The notes under the pieces were generated by a model. It had not been told where the DNA came from. It did not search any database and saw only the letters and a list, made by a program, of their open reading frames with translations. DNA of 41,969 bases, taken from contig CAVZMI010000002.1 in the NCBI GenBank assembly GCA_963776275.1, forward strand, positions 1 to 41,969, read 5' to 3'. The DNA is from Ignavibacteriota bacterium (lineage in GTDB: Bacteria > Bacteroidota > Ignavibacteria > UBA10030 > CAVZMI01). Made by a program: the position numbers and the translations under genes. Shown here one piece after another: positions 19,192 through 28,748 of this stretch (position 1 is its first letter; every line of letters begins with the position of its first letter).

Positions 19192-19605
19192 ATGAAGATA
19201 TATAATGCATTTCTCATTCTTTTGATTGCCATTGCATTGAGTAGTATTCCCGGCTGTAAAGATAATACTACCGATACCGGAACAAATGATACTTTTCCCG
19301 CCTCAAAAATTGGTTACTACGATCACATTCAGCCGATTTTTAATACTTATTGTGCTACTATCGACTGTCATGATTCGTACACACGCTCGGGCAATTTAAG
19401 TCTGGCTTCATATTTCGATGCTACAGCCCGTGCGGGTATTATCGTCAAGTATAATGCCAACGCAAGTATTCTTGTTCAGAGGATCGAAGGGAAGATACAA
19501 CCGCAGATGCCGCCGAATCGTGCGCCGCTGTCAACGAACAAGATCCAGGCAATCAAAACGTGGATCAATGAAGGAGCGAAGGATACTACTTATGCGGGGA
19601 ATTGA
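19192..19605 (+). CDS. Lipoprotein with planctomycete-type cytochrome c-like domain
   Basis: GGGAGG RBS, lipobox-like IPGC, IQPIFNTYCATIDCH (CX4CH), GNLSL, S.LVQRI, QMPP...L...I..IKTWINEGA. Confidence 0.75.
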   Translation: MKIYNAFLILLIAIALSSIPGCKDNTTDTGTNDTFPASKIGYYDHIQPIFNTYCATIDCHDSYTRSGNLSLASYFDATARAGIIVKYNANASILVQRIEGKIQPQMPPNRAPLSTNKIQAIKTWINEGAKDTTYAGN

Positions 19606-19668
19606 CCGCCTTTACAGAATACCAAATTTGATATTTGGGATTTATAATCTTGTGCTTATACCGGCTCC

Positions 19669-20301
19669 TCAACGCAACATCACCATTTTCTTCACCGAGT
19701 TCCATTTCGGCGTCGATATTCGATAGAAATAAACACCCGAAGAAACAGTCGTTCCGACCTCATTTCTGCCGTCCCAGGTTAATTCAATGTATCCTGCAGG
19801 GTATTCGTCGTCAGTGAGTGTCCGTACTTCACGTCCGAGTGCATCGTAAATAACAAGCTTAACCTTCGATGCCACCGGTAATTCGAATGCGATTTTTGTT
19901 GTCGGGTTAAATGGATTCGGGAAATTATCGTATAGGTGGAATTCCTTTGGCGGACTGATTGTAAACGCTATTTCCTTCATCCAACTCTGACCATCGGCTG
20001 TTTTTATCAGCGCTTTGATTTTCTGCTCTTTACCGATTGGTGCAAACCGTTCAACTGAAAACAGAAACTCAGCGTCTTTTGACTGCTTTGCCAGTATATC
20101 TTTCAGCATGATTTTAGAGGATTCCAATTTCAGCCATGACGAGGAATTCTGGATCTCGACGGTGACATTCTTTGCGGCAACTGCTGCTGTGTTTTCAACG
20201 GTCAGCGCGAGCGAGTTGCCTTTGGAGTTATATGGGATTTCGTAACCTTGAGCCAGTAGAATTAACGGCATCAATATTGATGTAATGAATATTGTTTTCA
20301 T
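19669..20301 (-). CDS. Small secreted protein: Ig-like domain plus T9SS type A sorting domain (FlgD-Ig-like)
   Basis: Signal peptide MKTIFITSILMPLILLA. PKEFHLYDNFPNPFNPTTKIAFELP...IYDALGREVRTL...WDGRN..G..VSSGVYFYRI...KKMVMLR. Confidence 0.88.
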   Translation of the reverse strand: MKTIFITSILMPLILLAQGYEIPYNSKGNSLALTVENTAAVAAKNVTVEIQNSSSWLKLESSKIMLKDILAKQSKDAEFLFSVERFAPIGKEQKIKALIKTADGQSWMKEIAFTISPPKEFHLYDNFPNPFNPTTKIAFELPVASKVKLVIYDALGREVRTLTDDEYPAGYIELTWDGRNEVGTTVSSGVYFYRISTPKWNSVKKMVMLR

Positions 20302-20324
20302 AAAGCCCTTTCACAATTTAGAAG

Positions 20325-20416
20325 ATAACCACAAAGGTCGCAGAGTTATAAATGAGGACACGGAGTATAAACCTCTGTGACCTCATCTTTCCAACCTCCG
20401 TGTACTCTGTGGTTAT
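20325..20416. repeat. Imperfect long inverted repeat (AACCACAGAG-type REP/MITE-like)
   Basis: ATAACCACAAAGGTCGCAGAG ... CTCCGTGTACTCTGTGGTTAT outer arms. ATGAGGACACGGAG-tataaac-CTCTGTGACCTCAT inner hairpin. Confidence 0.65.
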
Positions 20417-20424
20417 ATTTTTAT

Positions 20425-22905
20425 CTACGGCAAACTAAACTCCACCACATTATTTGTCGATAAGTTCTGCGCTTTGTCCTGTTGAACTGTTCCCGACTTC
20501 ACCCTGAATGTCAAATTCACCGGCAGTAATTCCTTGGTTACCTCGCCATTCACAGTGTTTCCAATCTGTCTCCACGCACCTGAATAATAACTCGCCTGTG
20601 CATTGTCAACCGGCTGATTCTGTGAATTCTTAACTCTCACAGTACATAAAACAGTCGAGAAGCTCACGGTATTATTTGTTGAAATATCCTGTGACTTATC
20701 CATGGATATATATTCATGTGTCATTCTGAATGAATAATTATTGGGCAGTAGCTCTTTATTTGCTGCTCCACCACTTGTTGTGCCGAAACTCCTCCATGCA
20801 CCCGAGTAATACTGTACCGTTCCCTGATCTATTAAACTGCCCTGACTGTTCTTCAACTGGACTGCTGCATTGACTGTCTGGAAGACCACCGTTGGATTTG
20901 TTCCTATATCCTGCTGTTTGTCTTTACTTGCAAATGCGTATGTCATTCTGAATGAATAATTGTTCGGTAATAGTTCTTTATTAGCGACACCATTTGCTGT
21001 TGTTCCGAAACTTCTCCAGGCACCTGAGTAATACTGGACTGTCCCCTGGTCAATGAGATTTCCCTGGCTATTCTTAAGTTGTACTGCTGCATTGACGGTT
21101 TGGAAGACTACCGTAGCATTTGCGCCTATATCCTGTTGTTTATCCTTACTTGCATAAGCATAAGTCATTCTGAATGAGTAATTATTTGGTAATAGTTCTT
21201 TGTTAGCAATACCATTTGTTGTTGTTCCGAAACTTCTCCATGCTCCCGAGTAATACTGGACTGTCCCTTGGTCTATGAGATTTCCCTGGCTATTTTTAAG
21301 CTGTACTGCTGCATTTATTGTCTGGAAGACTACCGTTGGATTTGTGCCGATATCTTGTTGTTTATCTTTGCTGGCAAATGCGTAGGTCATTCTGAATGAA
21401 TAATTGTTCGGGAGAAGCTCTTTTGTGGCTACACCGCTTGTAGTAATTCCGAAATTTCTCCAGGCACCGGCATAATATTGTACCGAGCCTGTGTCTATCA
21501 AGGCACCACCGCTGTTTTGCAGCTGTACTACTGCATTGATCGTCTGGAATATTACTATAGGATTAGCACCGATATCCTGCTGCTTATCCTTGCTGGCATT
21601 TGCGTATGTCATTCTAAATGAATAGGTATTTGGCAGCAGCTCTTTGGCTGCAATCCCATTTGTCGTTGTTCCGAAGCTTCTCCAAGCACCGGCGTAGTAC
21701 TGCACCGTGCCTGTATCAATCAATGCACCGTTGCTGTTTTGCAGTTGAATTTGCGCATTGACGGTCTGAAAAACCACTGTATCACTAGTAACGGGCATAT
21801 TTGATTTTGTTTGTGTGCCGTACTCGTATGTCATTCGTAAGCTTAGTGTTTTTGCAGTTGTATTGATTGTAAAAGTGCCATCGTTGTTATTGACTGCGTC
21901 TTTCCAGGAGCCTTCGTAGTATTGAAGAGTGCCGCCAGTGAGTTTAGTGCCGTTGCTGTTAATAAGCTTCACGATCAACCCTGTTGGTGGAACCGGAAGC
22001 TGCGCCAACAAATATTCCGTGTTGTAACGAATGAGGGCGTACGCTTCGCTGGTCAGAGTCGATGAGCTGTCTATATCTACATCGCGTAGAACATTATTGA
22101 GCGTATCACGAGTTGCTCTGATATTGTTTTGTTGGAGATTAGTTTTCGCGTTGTTGAAATAGCCGATGTACTTCTCTGCTATTTGTTCTGTGGTAATCCA
22201 ACCGTATATTATAGAACGATTTGTGAATGAGAGAAGTGTATCTATCCAGACTAACGGCTCGAAGTTCATCGGTGGTGCTATTGTGCCGATTGTCCAACCC
22301 GTAAATCTAACTCCATATCGTATCGAGTCAATCTCGCGATGACTTGCAGTAGCTGAATCATTTATTCTTTTAAAATAATCTGCGGGATCGAAAAATGGTT
22401 GAACTGTTACTAATCTTATTCCAGGCAAGGCTTTACTCATCATCACGATATCTTTAATGTAAGTACCAGGAGAGATTTTCATAGAATCTGACGAGAAGGC
22501 ATAACACGCATTTAGTTGTGGAGTAATATCAGCAGTCCAATTTAAGACAGGTTCCGGTACTTTTGGAAAACCAACTGCTATCACTGAATTTACAAGTTTT
22601 GGATAATTTCTCCTGAAAGTCTGCTCTGTATACTTTGATTCAAAAACAAGTCCTATAGTATCATTTGAAACAGAGTGTGTGGATTTTGAAATATCAATAT
22701 TGATAATCCAAATATTGCCTTTATTTTCTGGTCGATTAAAAAACTCGTAATTGTAATAAAACATCTTCGTTATCTGGTTATAGTCCACAAAACACTTCGA
22801 ATCTACCTTATAAATCCATGGGAAATTTGCAGTCCTCCAATCTTGAGGACATAACTGAGAAGTGAGACATACAAGTAACGATATTACAAATAGATATTTT
22901 TTCAT
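20425..22905 (-). CDS. Secreted 826-aa protein: unknown N-terminal domain, FIMAH-like helical segment, seven 74-aa beta-rich repeats
   Basis: Start reassigned to ATG 22905 (AAGGA RBS, signal MKKYLFVISLLVCLTSQLCPQ). Helical WIDTLLSF...GWI...LTSEAYALIRYNTEYLLAQLP. Repeats TVNAAVQLKNSQG.LIDQGTVQYYSGAW...KELLPNNYSFRMTY...VVFQ. Confidence 0.8.
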   Translation of the reverse strand: MKKYLFVISLLVCLTSQLCPQDWRTANFPWIYKVDSKCFVDYNQITKMFYYNYEFFNRPENKGNIWIINIDISKSTHSVSNDTIGLVFESKYTEQTFRRNYPKLVNSVIAVGFPKVPEPVLNWTADITPQLNACYAFSSDSMKISPGTYIKDIVMMSKALPGIRLVTVQPFFDPADYFKRINDSATASHREIDSIRYGVRFTGWTIGTIAPPMNFEPLVWIDTLLSFTNRSIIYGWITTEQIAEKYIGYFNNAKTNLQQNNIRATRDTLNNVLRDVDIDSSSTLTSEAYALIRYNTEYLLAQLPVPPTGLIVKLINSNGTKLTGGTLQYYEGSWKDAVNNNDGTFTINTTAKTLSLRMTYEYGTQTKSNMPVTSDTVVFQTVNAQIQLQNSNGALIDTGTVQYYAGAWRSFGTTTNGIAAKELLPNTYSFRMTYANASKDKQQDIGANPIVIFQTINAVVQLQNSGGALIDTGSVQYYAGAWRNFGITTSGVATKELLPNNYSFRMTYAFASKDKQQDIGTNPTVVFQTINAAVQLKNSQGNLIDQGTVQYYSGAWRSFGTTTNGIANKELLPNNYSFRMTYAYASKDKQQDIGANATVVFQTVNAAVQLKNSQGNLIDQGTVQYYSGAWRSFGTTANGVANKELLPNNYSFRMTYAFASKDKQQDIGTNPTVVFQTVNAAVQLKNSQGSLIDQGTVQYYSGAWRSFGTTSGGAANKELLPNNYSFRMTHEYISMDKSQDISTNNTVSFSTVLCTVRVKNSQNQPVDNAQASYYSGAWRQIGNTVNGEVTKELLPVNLTFRVKSGTVQQDKAQNLSTNNVVEFSLP
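20430..21990 (-). repeat. Tandem 222-bp coding repeat, seven units
   Basis: GTCATTC anchor at 20720, 20942, 21164, 21386, 21608 and 21830 (exact 222-bp spacing), plus a diverged terminal unit. Confidence 0.93.
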
Positions 22906-22918
22906 GGTTGTTTCCTTG

Positions 22919-25430
22919 TCAGTTTTGTTTAATAAATCCAAAATGTATTGTAGGTTCGTCGTATTTCCGGCCGCCATAATCTTCCATGTATTTGAATAAT
23001 TGAGTTCTTCTATTCTCAGTGTTAATGTTTGTATTGTTAATATCGATACTGTACCCGACACGATGAAAGCAATGGTGTGACCTTGTATTCCATGTTCCCT
23101 GATATTCAAATGCACCACCCCACTCAAGACTCGCATCATTAAGACTGACACGAATTGGAACTCCTCCACCTTTTGGCGATCTTGACCATAAATAGAACTC
23201 CGTGATCGCAGCCAAAAGACTATCTGCTGCAACCGGATTCATCCAATAAGGACTTGCATGAATATTATACATTGATATATCTGTCTGGTCAAATGTGCAA
23301 ATCATATCTGTTGCTGTTGTATCGGGGATTGCGATATAGTATGGACCCTGCCTGACAAGTCCTGGCACTTTAACCTCGAGATTTACGGTATCATATACGC
23401 TGAGATCGGATTTCAGGTATGCTTTAATGGTATAATGTCCGGAAAATTGTGATTGTGCAAATGAATCTACTATAGCCTTACCATCCGAATTTGTAACGAG
23501 ATCTAACGTTTTTTGACCGCTTCCACCTTGTCCAAAAAAATAGCCGTACTTATCGGTGTCAAGGGCACGACGTGTACCGGCTGCATTGTGGTGATGCCCA
23601 CCGCTGCCCTCTGTAAATTCTACCTGGATAGTTACCTTTTCTCCAGAGAGTGGTCGATCTTGATGATCAAGTATCTGAATTGTGAATGATCGCTTCGGCA
23701 AATATCCCGGTAGGTCGGCTCCTCTGCTTTCATTGCCCACCGCTGGCAGATATGGCCAAATCGTCCATGGACTATGATCTAGAATCTTCAGCTTCTTTTT
23801 CCCAACCTTCACCTCTCCCACGCCAAAATCGTTATAGTGAAATGTTTCCAGATTACAAAACTCCAGTGATGCCAACTTTGCAGGCAATTTCTTGTTACCC
23901 CGTACTAAAAGGTTTGGTGTAATATTTTTGAGCCTCGAGAGGGCAGACTGCTTCTTCATCTTTAAACTATCTTGTGTAGTCCCAATCTTCCCATCCTTAA
24001 TCGAACCCGCCATACCACCCTGATCAATATACATACCGACACGAATCTTGATCTTGCTATCTGTCGTATCCACACTATCAGCCGCAACGAATTTGAATGG
24101 AGGAAGTATATCTCTAAAATATGTATCTTTCCCGACCGATGTCAATATCTCGCCTTTCATACAACCGTTTATTATCCCGACCTCAAACACCTGCTCGGTC
24201 GGGAATTCTTCAATACTTCCATCAGGATTTCTCTTCTTCAGTATTATATCCGCTGTATCACCCGGCGAAACATTAGACGGATTTATCGTGACAACGATCG
24301 GTGATGGTCCAATGAGAAATCTCCATTCAACTGCTGAAATATTCGGATCACTTGTGCTGACATATAACCCAATTGTATCTGTAGTTAAAACAATCTCTCC
24401 GTTTGCGTCAAATATAACCCCTGCAAATTCGCCATCACGCTGAAGTCCAGTGAAACTCTTCCCTCTTTCACCTGTATTTAAATCTATCAATTCACCGTAT
24501 TTACCGCCTGCAACCAGCGATATATTCATCGTCGTACCTGCGTAACTATCCGGTGGCACTGGACAAAGACTCCTGTCATAGAGTCCCATATATAATTCAC
24601 ATAAAGATCCAGAACATACGTATTCAGGTGTACTTATTTCAATTTCTGGTTCGTCTCGAAACGCATCGAGCGTTAATTGTGTCTACTACTTCTGTAAATC
24701 CATGTCGACAATCTCTAGCATCAATATATATAAGATTGGCACCTTCGTGAAGCGTGACTGTCTGTGAGGGAAAATATTCTAGCACAAAACTATCACCATC
24801 AGGATCAATAAAGGATGCGGTAACTCTGACCGTATCACCAACTATATAATCCGGCCCTGGAGGTTCTTGAGTTATTCCCGTGAGTATCGGCGGATCATTC
24901 GGTATAGTTAAAAATACAGTGACCCGAAACCATTCCCAATCGGTATAGTTGGCATGCATAAAAACGAACTCCACTTTTATCCTTCCGAATTTATAGACCT
25001 CGTCATAATCATCAGTAAGCACGTTAATATGATGAGCATAAACATACTGAACATCTCCATCCTTAGGTTCATAAAAACAGAACATCGATACCGTGGTTCC
25101 GGTCGCGAAAACAGTACTGCCACCGGACCACCCGTAGCCACCCTGACCAATATAATTCAGAGACAAACCCGGACTATCGAAATAAACCATTTGATCTGAT
25201 CCCGCTTCCAATGTCCCCGCACACGGTGTTGACCAAGAGCATCCCATATAACTATAACTCTTCAGTGGAGATTGTGGAACAAATGGGATGGTGGGATTTA
25301 TACGGATTCTCTCGTGGATTTTAACCTGGCTTAGTGCAGATGGAGCATAAAAGAATAATAGTGCAACACAAACCAATAGGAATAATCTAAAAATCCTGAT
25401 ACAAGGGGTAGAAAATATACGAGATGCCAT
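22919..25430 (-). CDS. Secreted Ig-rich protein with C-terminal MepA/LAS-like zinc peptidase domain (ORFs 24639-25430 and 22919-24589 joined by a one-base frameshift near 24675)
   Basis: Signal peptide, then PNDPP...DPDGD Ig-like motif. The downstream frame is open through TLDAFRDEPEIEISTP back to the junction. Big-like ...SGGHHH...VKVPGL, then LNDASLEWGG...WNTRSHHCFHRVGYSID (HxxGxxxD) and terminal EPTIHF. About 836 aa if joined. Confidence 0.65.
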
Positions 25431-25556
25431 TACTTCATTTCTTGTAAATTTAGGGTCGTATTATTTATCCTTCATATTATTACCGCAACTAAATATCGAT
25501 ATGTGACAAAATATTGCTCGAGTAGCTAAGGGATGCCTGTTTATACTCTTGACAGT

Positions 25557-25585
25557 AACTTAATACTCAAATAATGAAATGTCAA
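25557..25585 (-). promoter_or_regulatory. Putative sigma70 promoter of the secreted three-gene module
   Basis: Minus strand TTGACA-17 nt-TAAGTT. An opposed TTGACA lies at 25549-25554. Confidence 0.5.
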
Positions 25586-25736
25586 TAGTTTTTAGAAAAT
25601 ATTTACGATGGGGGGTGAATTCAGGAATTAGAATGCCGGTCTCAGTCCTTCAAAGTTCGGAATGAAATTAGGCGGCGAAAAAAATGATAAACCTCAATAT
25701 TCTTAATCCATTCCATAAATTGGTATCTGGTTTTTC

Positions 25737-26245
25737 TTACTTCGCCGCTGAAAATATATCTACTATATCTTCTTCAAGCGACTTCCTCGGTGCTTCAACA
25801 ATCCTGCCGATCTCTTTACCGTTCCTTAAAAAAACAAATGTGGGCACGAACCTGATTCCGTATTCAGCCGGAAGCGCCTCTCCACTCTCTTTATTTCTAT
25901 TGAGAGCGTGATATTCGATGACACGGAGAGGGATTTTTTCGGTCTCGATGATTTTCTGAAAACGGGGAAGCTCTCTTTGTGTGTCGCCGCACCATGTACC
26001 GAGAAATATAATCACATCGAGCGAATCTTTCTCATGCCGGATGCTATCCAGGCCCTCGACTGAGGCGTATATCTTTGGTATTCTTCCTTAAACCACGACA
26101 GATCGGATCTATCGAATAATGCACGATCAACTTTTCCAACATAGATCGTTTGATCGCGATCTTTCTCTGTTCTGTATGAACCGGAACAGCAAAAGCCTGA
26201 TATCATAATAAGGATACAAATGCATCCCACTAAAAAACGATTCAT
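25737..26245 (-). CDS. Thioredoxin-family (WCGD) lipoprotein, frameshift near 26060
   Basis: Lipoprotein-like signal and WFKEEYQRYTP in 26012-26245. The other frame gives GLDSIRHEKDSLDVIIFLGTWCGDTQRELPRF...IRFVPTFVFLRNGKEIGRIVEAP. About 169 aa if joined. Confidence 0.75.
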
Positions 26246-26264
26246 TATACTCTCAGAAATATGC

Positions 26265-27161
26265 TCAGGATTTCTTACGAGTTGACCGGATATCCTGTCC
26301 CCACATCAGTTTCGTGCGGAGAACGTCGAAATAGCTTTGATCCGTTCGCGTGACGAGGCGGATGGTAAAATCGGCCTTCCGGACGACCAGCTCCACAGGG
26401 GGCGCATAGATCGCGTTCACCTGTCCGTCTGCAGCGACATGGACGCGCTCGGCCTCCGAGTGTATAATTGCGCGGATGACGCTTGTATCCGGAACAATCA
26501 CCGGCCGCGCCGTCAATGTGTGCGGTGTGATGGGATTGATGATGATCACCTGTCCGCGCGGGACAACAATCGGTCCCATCGCAGAAAGCGAATACCCGGT
26601 TGAACCCGTCGGTGTGGAGATGATAAGTCCGTCGCAGCTGTACGTGACAAGATACTCGTCGTCGACATAGGTTTCGATATGAATCAGACGCGAATAGGCC
26701 CCCTTATCGACAACAATGTCATTGAGAGCATACAAAATCGTCCGGTCATCCCCGGCGACTCTTCCGTTCAATACCATCCGGTCTTCAATTTGATAATTCT
26801 TACTAAGAATCCGATCGATAAGCAGCGGGATGTCGTCTGCGCTGAATTCTGTGAGGAACCCGAGTTTCCCGAGATTGACGCCGATAATCGGGATGCCGCG
26901 TCGGCCGATCAGACGCGCAGTATGGAGAATTGTGCCATCTCCGCCAAACGCAATCATGACGTTGCATCGATCGGGAATACTCTCGATAGGAGCCATTGAT
27001 TCTTTTGGGATTGAACAAGACGGCTCATGGCGAACAACGATGCTCGCCAATTCATCCTGAATGATATAGTCAACCTTGCGTTGTTGAAAACTGACGAGCA
27101 GATCGCTCGTCGCTTTACATAACTCGGTTTTTGAAAGATTTCCAACTATGCCAAATTTCAT
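26265..27161 (-). CDS. nadK: NAD(+) kinase
   Basis: FGGDGTIL, GVNLGKLGFL, ALND, DGLIISTPTGSTGYSLSAMGP, PITPHTLTARP, ADGQ. Confidence 0.96.
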   Translation of the reverse strand: MKFGIVGNLSKTELCKATSDLLVSFQQRKVDYIIQDELASIVVRHEPSCSIPKESMAPIESIPDRCNVMIAFGGDGTILHTARLIGRRGIPIIGVNLGKLGFLTEFSADDIPLLIDRILSKNYQIEDRMVLNGRVAGDDRTILYALNDIVVDKGAYSRLIHIETYVDDEYLVTYSCDGLIISTPTGSTGYSLSAMGPIVVPRGQVIIINPITPHTLTARPVIVPDTSVIRAIIHSEAERVHVAADGQVNAIYAPPVELVVRKADFTIRLVTRTDQSYFDVLRTKLMWGQDIRSTRKKS

Positions 27162-27472
27162 GGTTTTTCCTCGGGTGGCGGTTCCAAAGGCGGCTCGGGC
27201 TTATTCATCTCATCGATATAATTCAATTTCAATTCCTGCAGTACAGTTGAAAGAAACCTCTCTTCTTCATTCGACAGATTCCCCTTCATCCGTTCTTTAA
27301 GCATATCAAGCATATCGATTGCCGATTGTGCCTGTATGAGACTACGTTCAATCTTGTCGGTGAGCGGGTTCTTCAGTTTTCCCATATGCTGCATTGCAGC
27401 AGTGTGAAAAATAAGCACGAGTTGAGTGAACAGGGCGCGATATGTATCGTCTTTCGTCATTATGACCATCAT
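27158..27472 (-). CDS. DUF1844-family protein
   Basis: AAMQHMGKLKNPLT...LIQAQSAIDMLDMLKERMKGNLSNEEERFL..VLQELKLNY. Confidence 0.8.
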   Translation of the reverse strand: MMVIMTKDDTYRALFTQLVLIFHTAAMQHMGKLKNPLTDKIERSLIQAQSAIDMLDMLKERMKGNLSNEEERFLSTVLQELKLNYIDEMNKPEPPLEPPPEEKP

Positions 27473-27518
27473 TAGTTAAAAAAGATAAAAAAGAACCGAT
27501 TGAAAATCAATCCGATTG

Positions 27519-28748
27519 CTATGTCACGGTGATGATTTCTTTTTCATCAGCGATTGTACGATTGATCAAACGTTCTACGGCGATAGCAAGTCCTATTGTA
27601 AACCAGAATAACGCCGCGATCTCTTGATCTCCAAAATTCCACTCGAATAGACCGTTCACCTGAAAACCGATGAATACGGCTATGGATCCGAGGATTATAC
27701 TTCGCGCAGGTGGATGTGCAAAAACCTTACGAAAAACCGAAAATTCATAAAGAATAACTCGAACAAATATCGCCACGACGGCGGAGAACCCGATGATCCC
27801 CAGAGTCACCGCAAGCATCACGAAATTATTGTGAAGATGTCCCCCTTCATTAATATCAATGGGGGTGGTATACTGGATATACGTCTGTTTGATATCGGTA
27901 TCGCCTATACCGACTATGGGATGATCGCAGAAAATGCGCCACCCCGTCTCCCACATCCGAATCCTGAGATTATTGGAAGGATCGTGCGGATCGACAACGC
28001 TCAATGCACGATGTTGTAACGTCGACGGTGCAAAGAAAATAAATAAGACGACAAAACCTATGATTGCGAATACGAACGATCTATTTTTGATAATTCCAAT
28101 CACGACGGCACCGCAAAGAAATCCGAGCCAGGAGCTCCGTGTCTGTGTGAGTATAAGTGCAACGAATATCGGAACGAACAATGCAACTAATGCGTACCGA
28201 AGCCTCCGGGAAAAACTCTTATCGAGAATAAATGGGAGGATAAGAAGCGAAACGATCATCTTGAGCCCGCCCGTCGTCATATAATGCTGGAAGACGTTTA
28301 ACCGCGGTTCATGCGTGATTAACACATTACCGATTTCATAGAGCGATAAAAAGGCGGCCGTGCAGAAAAAGGTCCCCAGCAGCGTTTTAATTTTCCACTC
28401 TTCCTTCAACGATGCTGCACTAAGATAAACGATTGCAATCAGGATCAACCGCTTCATATTGATCAAAGACTCCGATGGATGAAGGCTGAAAACTGTAGAA
28501 AGTATCTCGGCAACGGCATATGCCAGAAAGAAATAATCTAACGGTGTCCGGCGTACTTCCCATTTTCGGGCGACGACCATCTTTATTGCCCATAAAATCA
28601 GCGCGGCTCCAAATCCGATGGAATGGACGGCGATGGAGAACATGGGACTGACAACGACGAAAATCAAACAGTAAAAGATTGCCCTGTCGAAAATTCTCTC
28701 ACTTGTTCTATGGGATTCAACTGCAGGAAGACTCATGAGGATTCTCAC
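27519..28748 (-). CDS. O-antigen ligase (WaaL-like) family membrane protein
   Basis: Multi-pass. LILTQTRSSWLG, SNNLRIRMW, HPIVGIG, HLHNNFV...GIIG. ATGA overlap with the upstream ABC gene. Confidence 0.88.
   Translation of the reverse strand: MRILMSLPAVESHRTSERIFDRAIFYCLIFVVVSPMFSIAVHSIGFGAALILWAIKMVVARKWEVRRTPLDYFFLAYAVAEILSTVFSLHPSESLINMKRLILIAIVYLSAASLKEEWKIKTLLGTFFCTAAFLSLYEIGNVLITHEPRLNVFQHYMTTGGLKMIVSLLILPFILDKSFSRRLRYALVALFVPIFVALILTQTRSSWLGFLCGAVVIGIIKNRSFVFAIIGFVVLFIFFAPSTLQHRALSVVDPHDPSNNLRIRMWETGWRIFCDHPIVGIGDTDIKQTYIQYTTPIDINEGGHLHNNFVMLAVTLGIIGFSAVVAIFVRVILYEFSVFRKVFAHPPARSIILGSIAVFIGFQVNGLFEWNFGDQEIAALFWFTIGLAIAVERLINRTIADEKEIITVT

Noticed and set aside
20430-21990. CRISPR array or DGR template/variable repeat pair
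   Set aside because: Units are 222-bp in-frame coding repeats without unique spacers. Differences are not adenine-specific, and no cas or reverse transcriptase gene is present.
22906-23232. N-terminal 109-aa extension of the 935-aa ORF
   Set aside because: It overlaps the upstream peptidase gene. The RBS and signal peptide point to ATG 22905.
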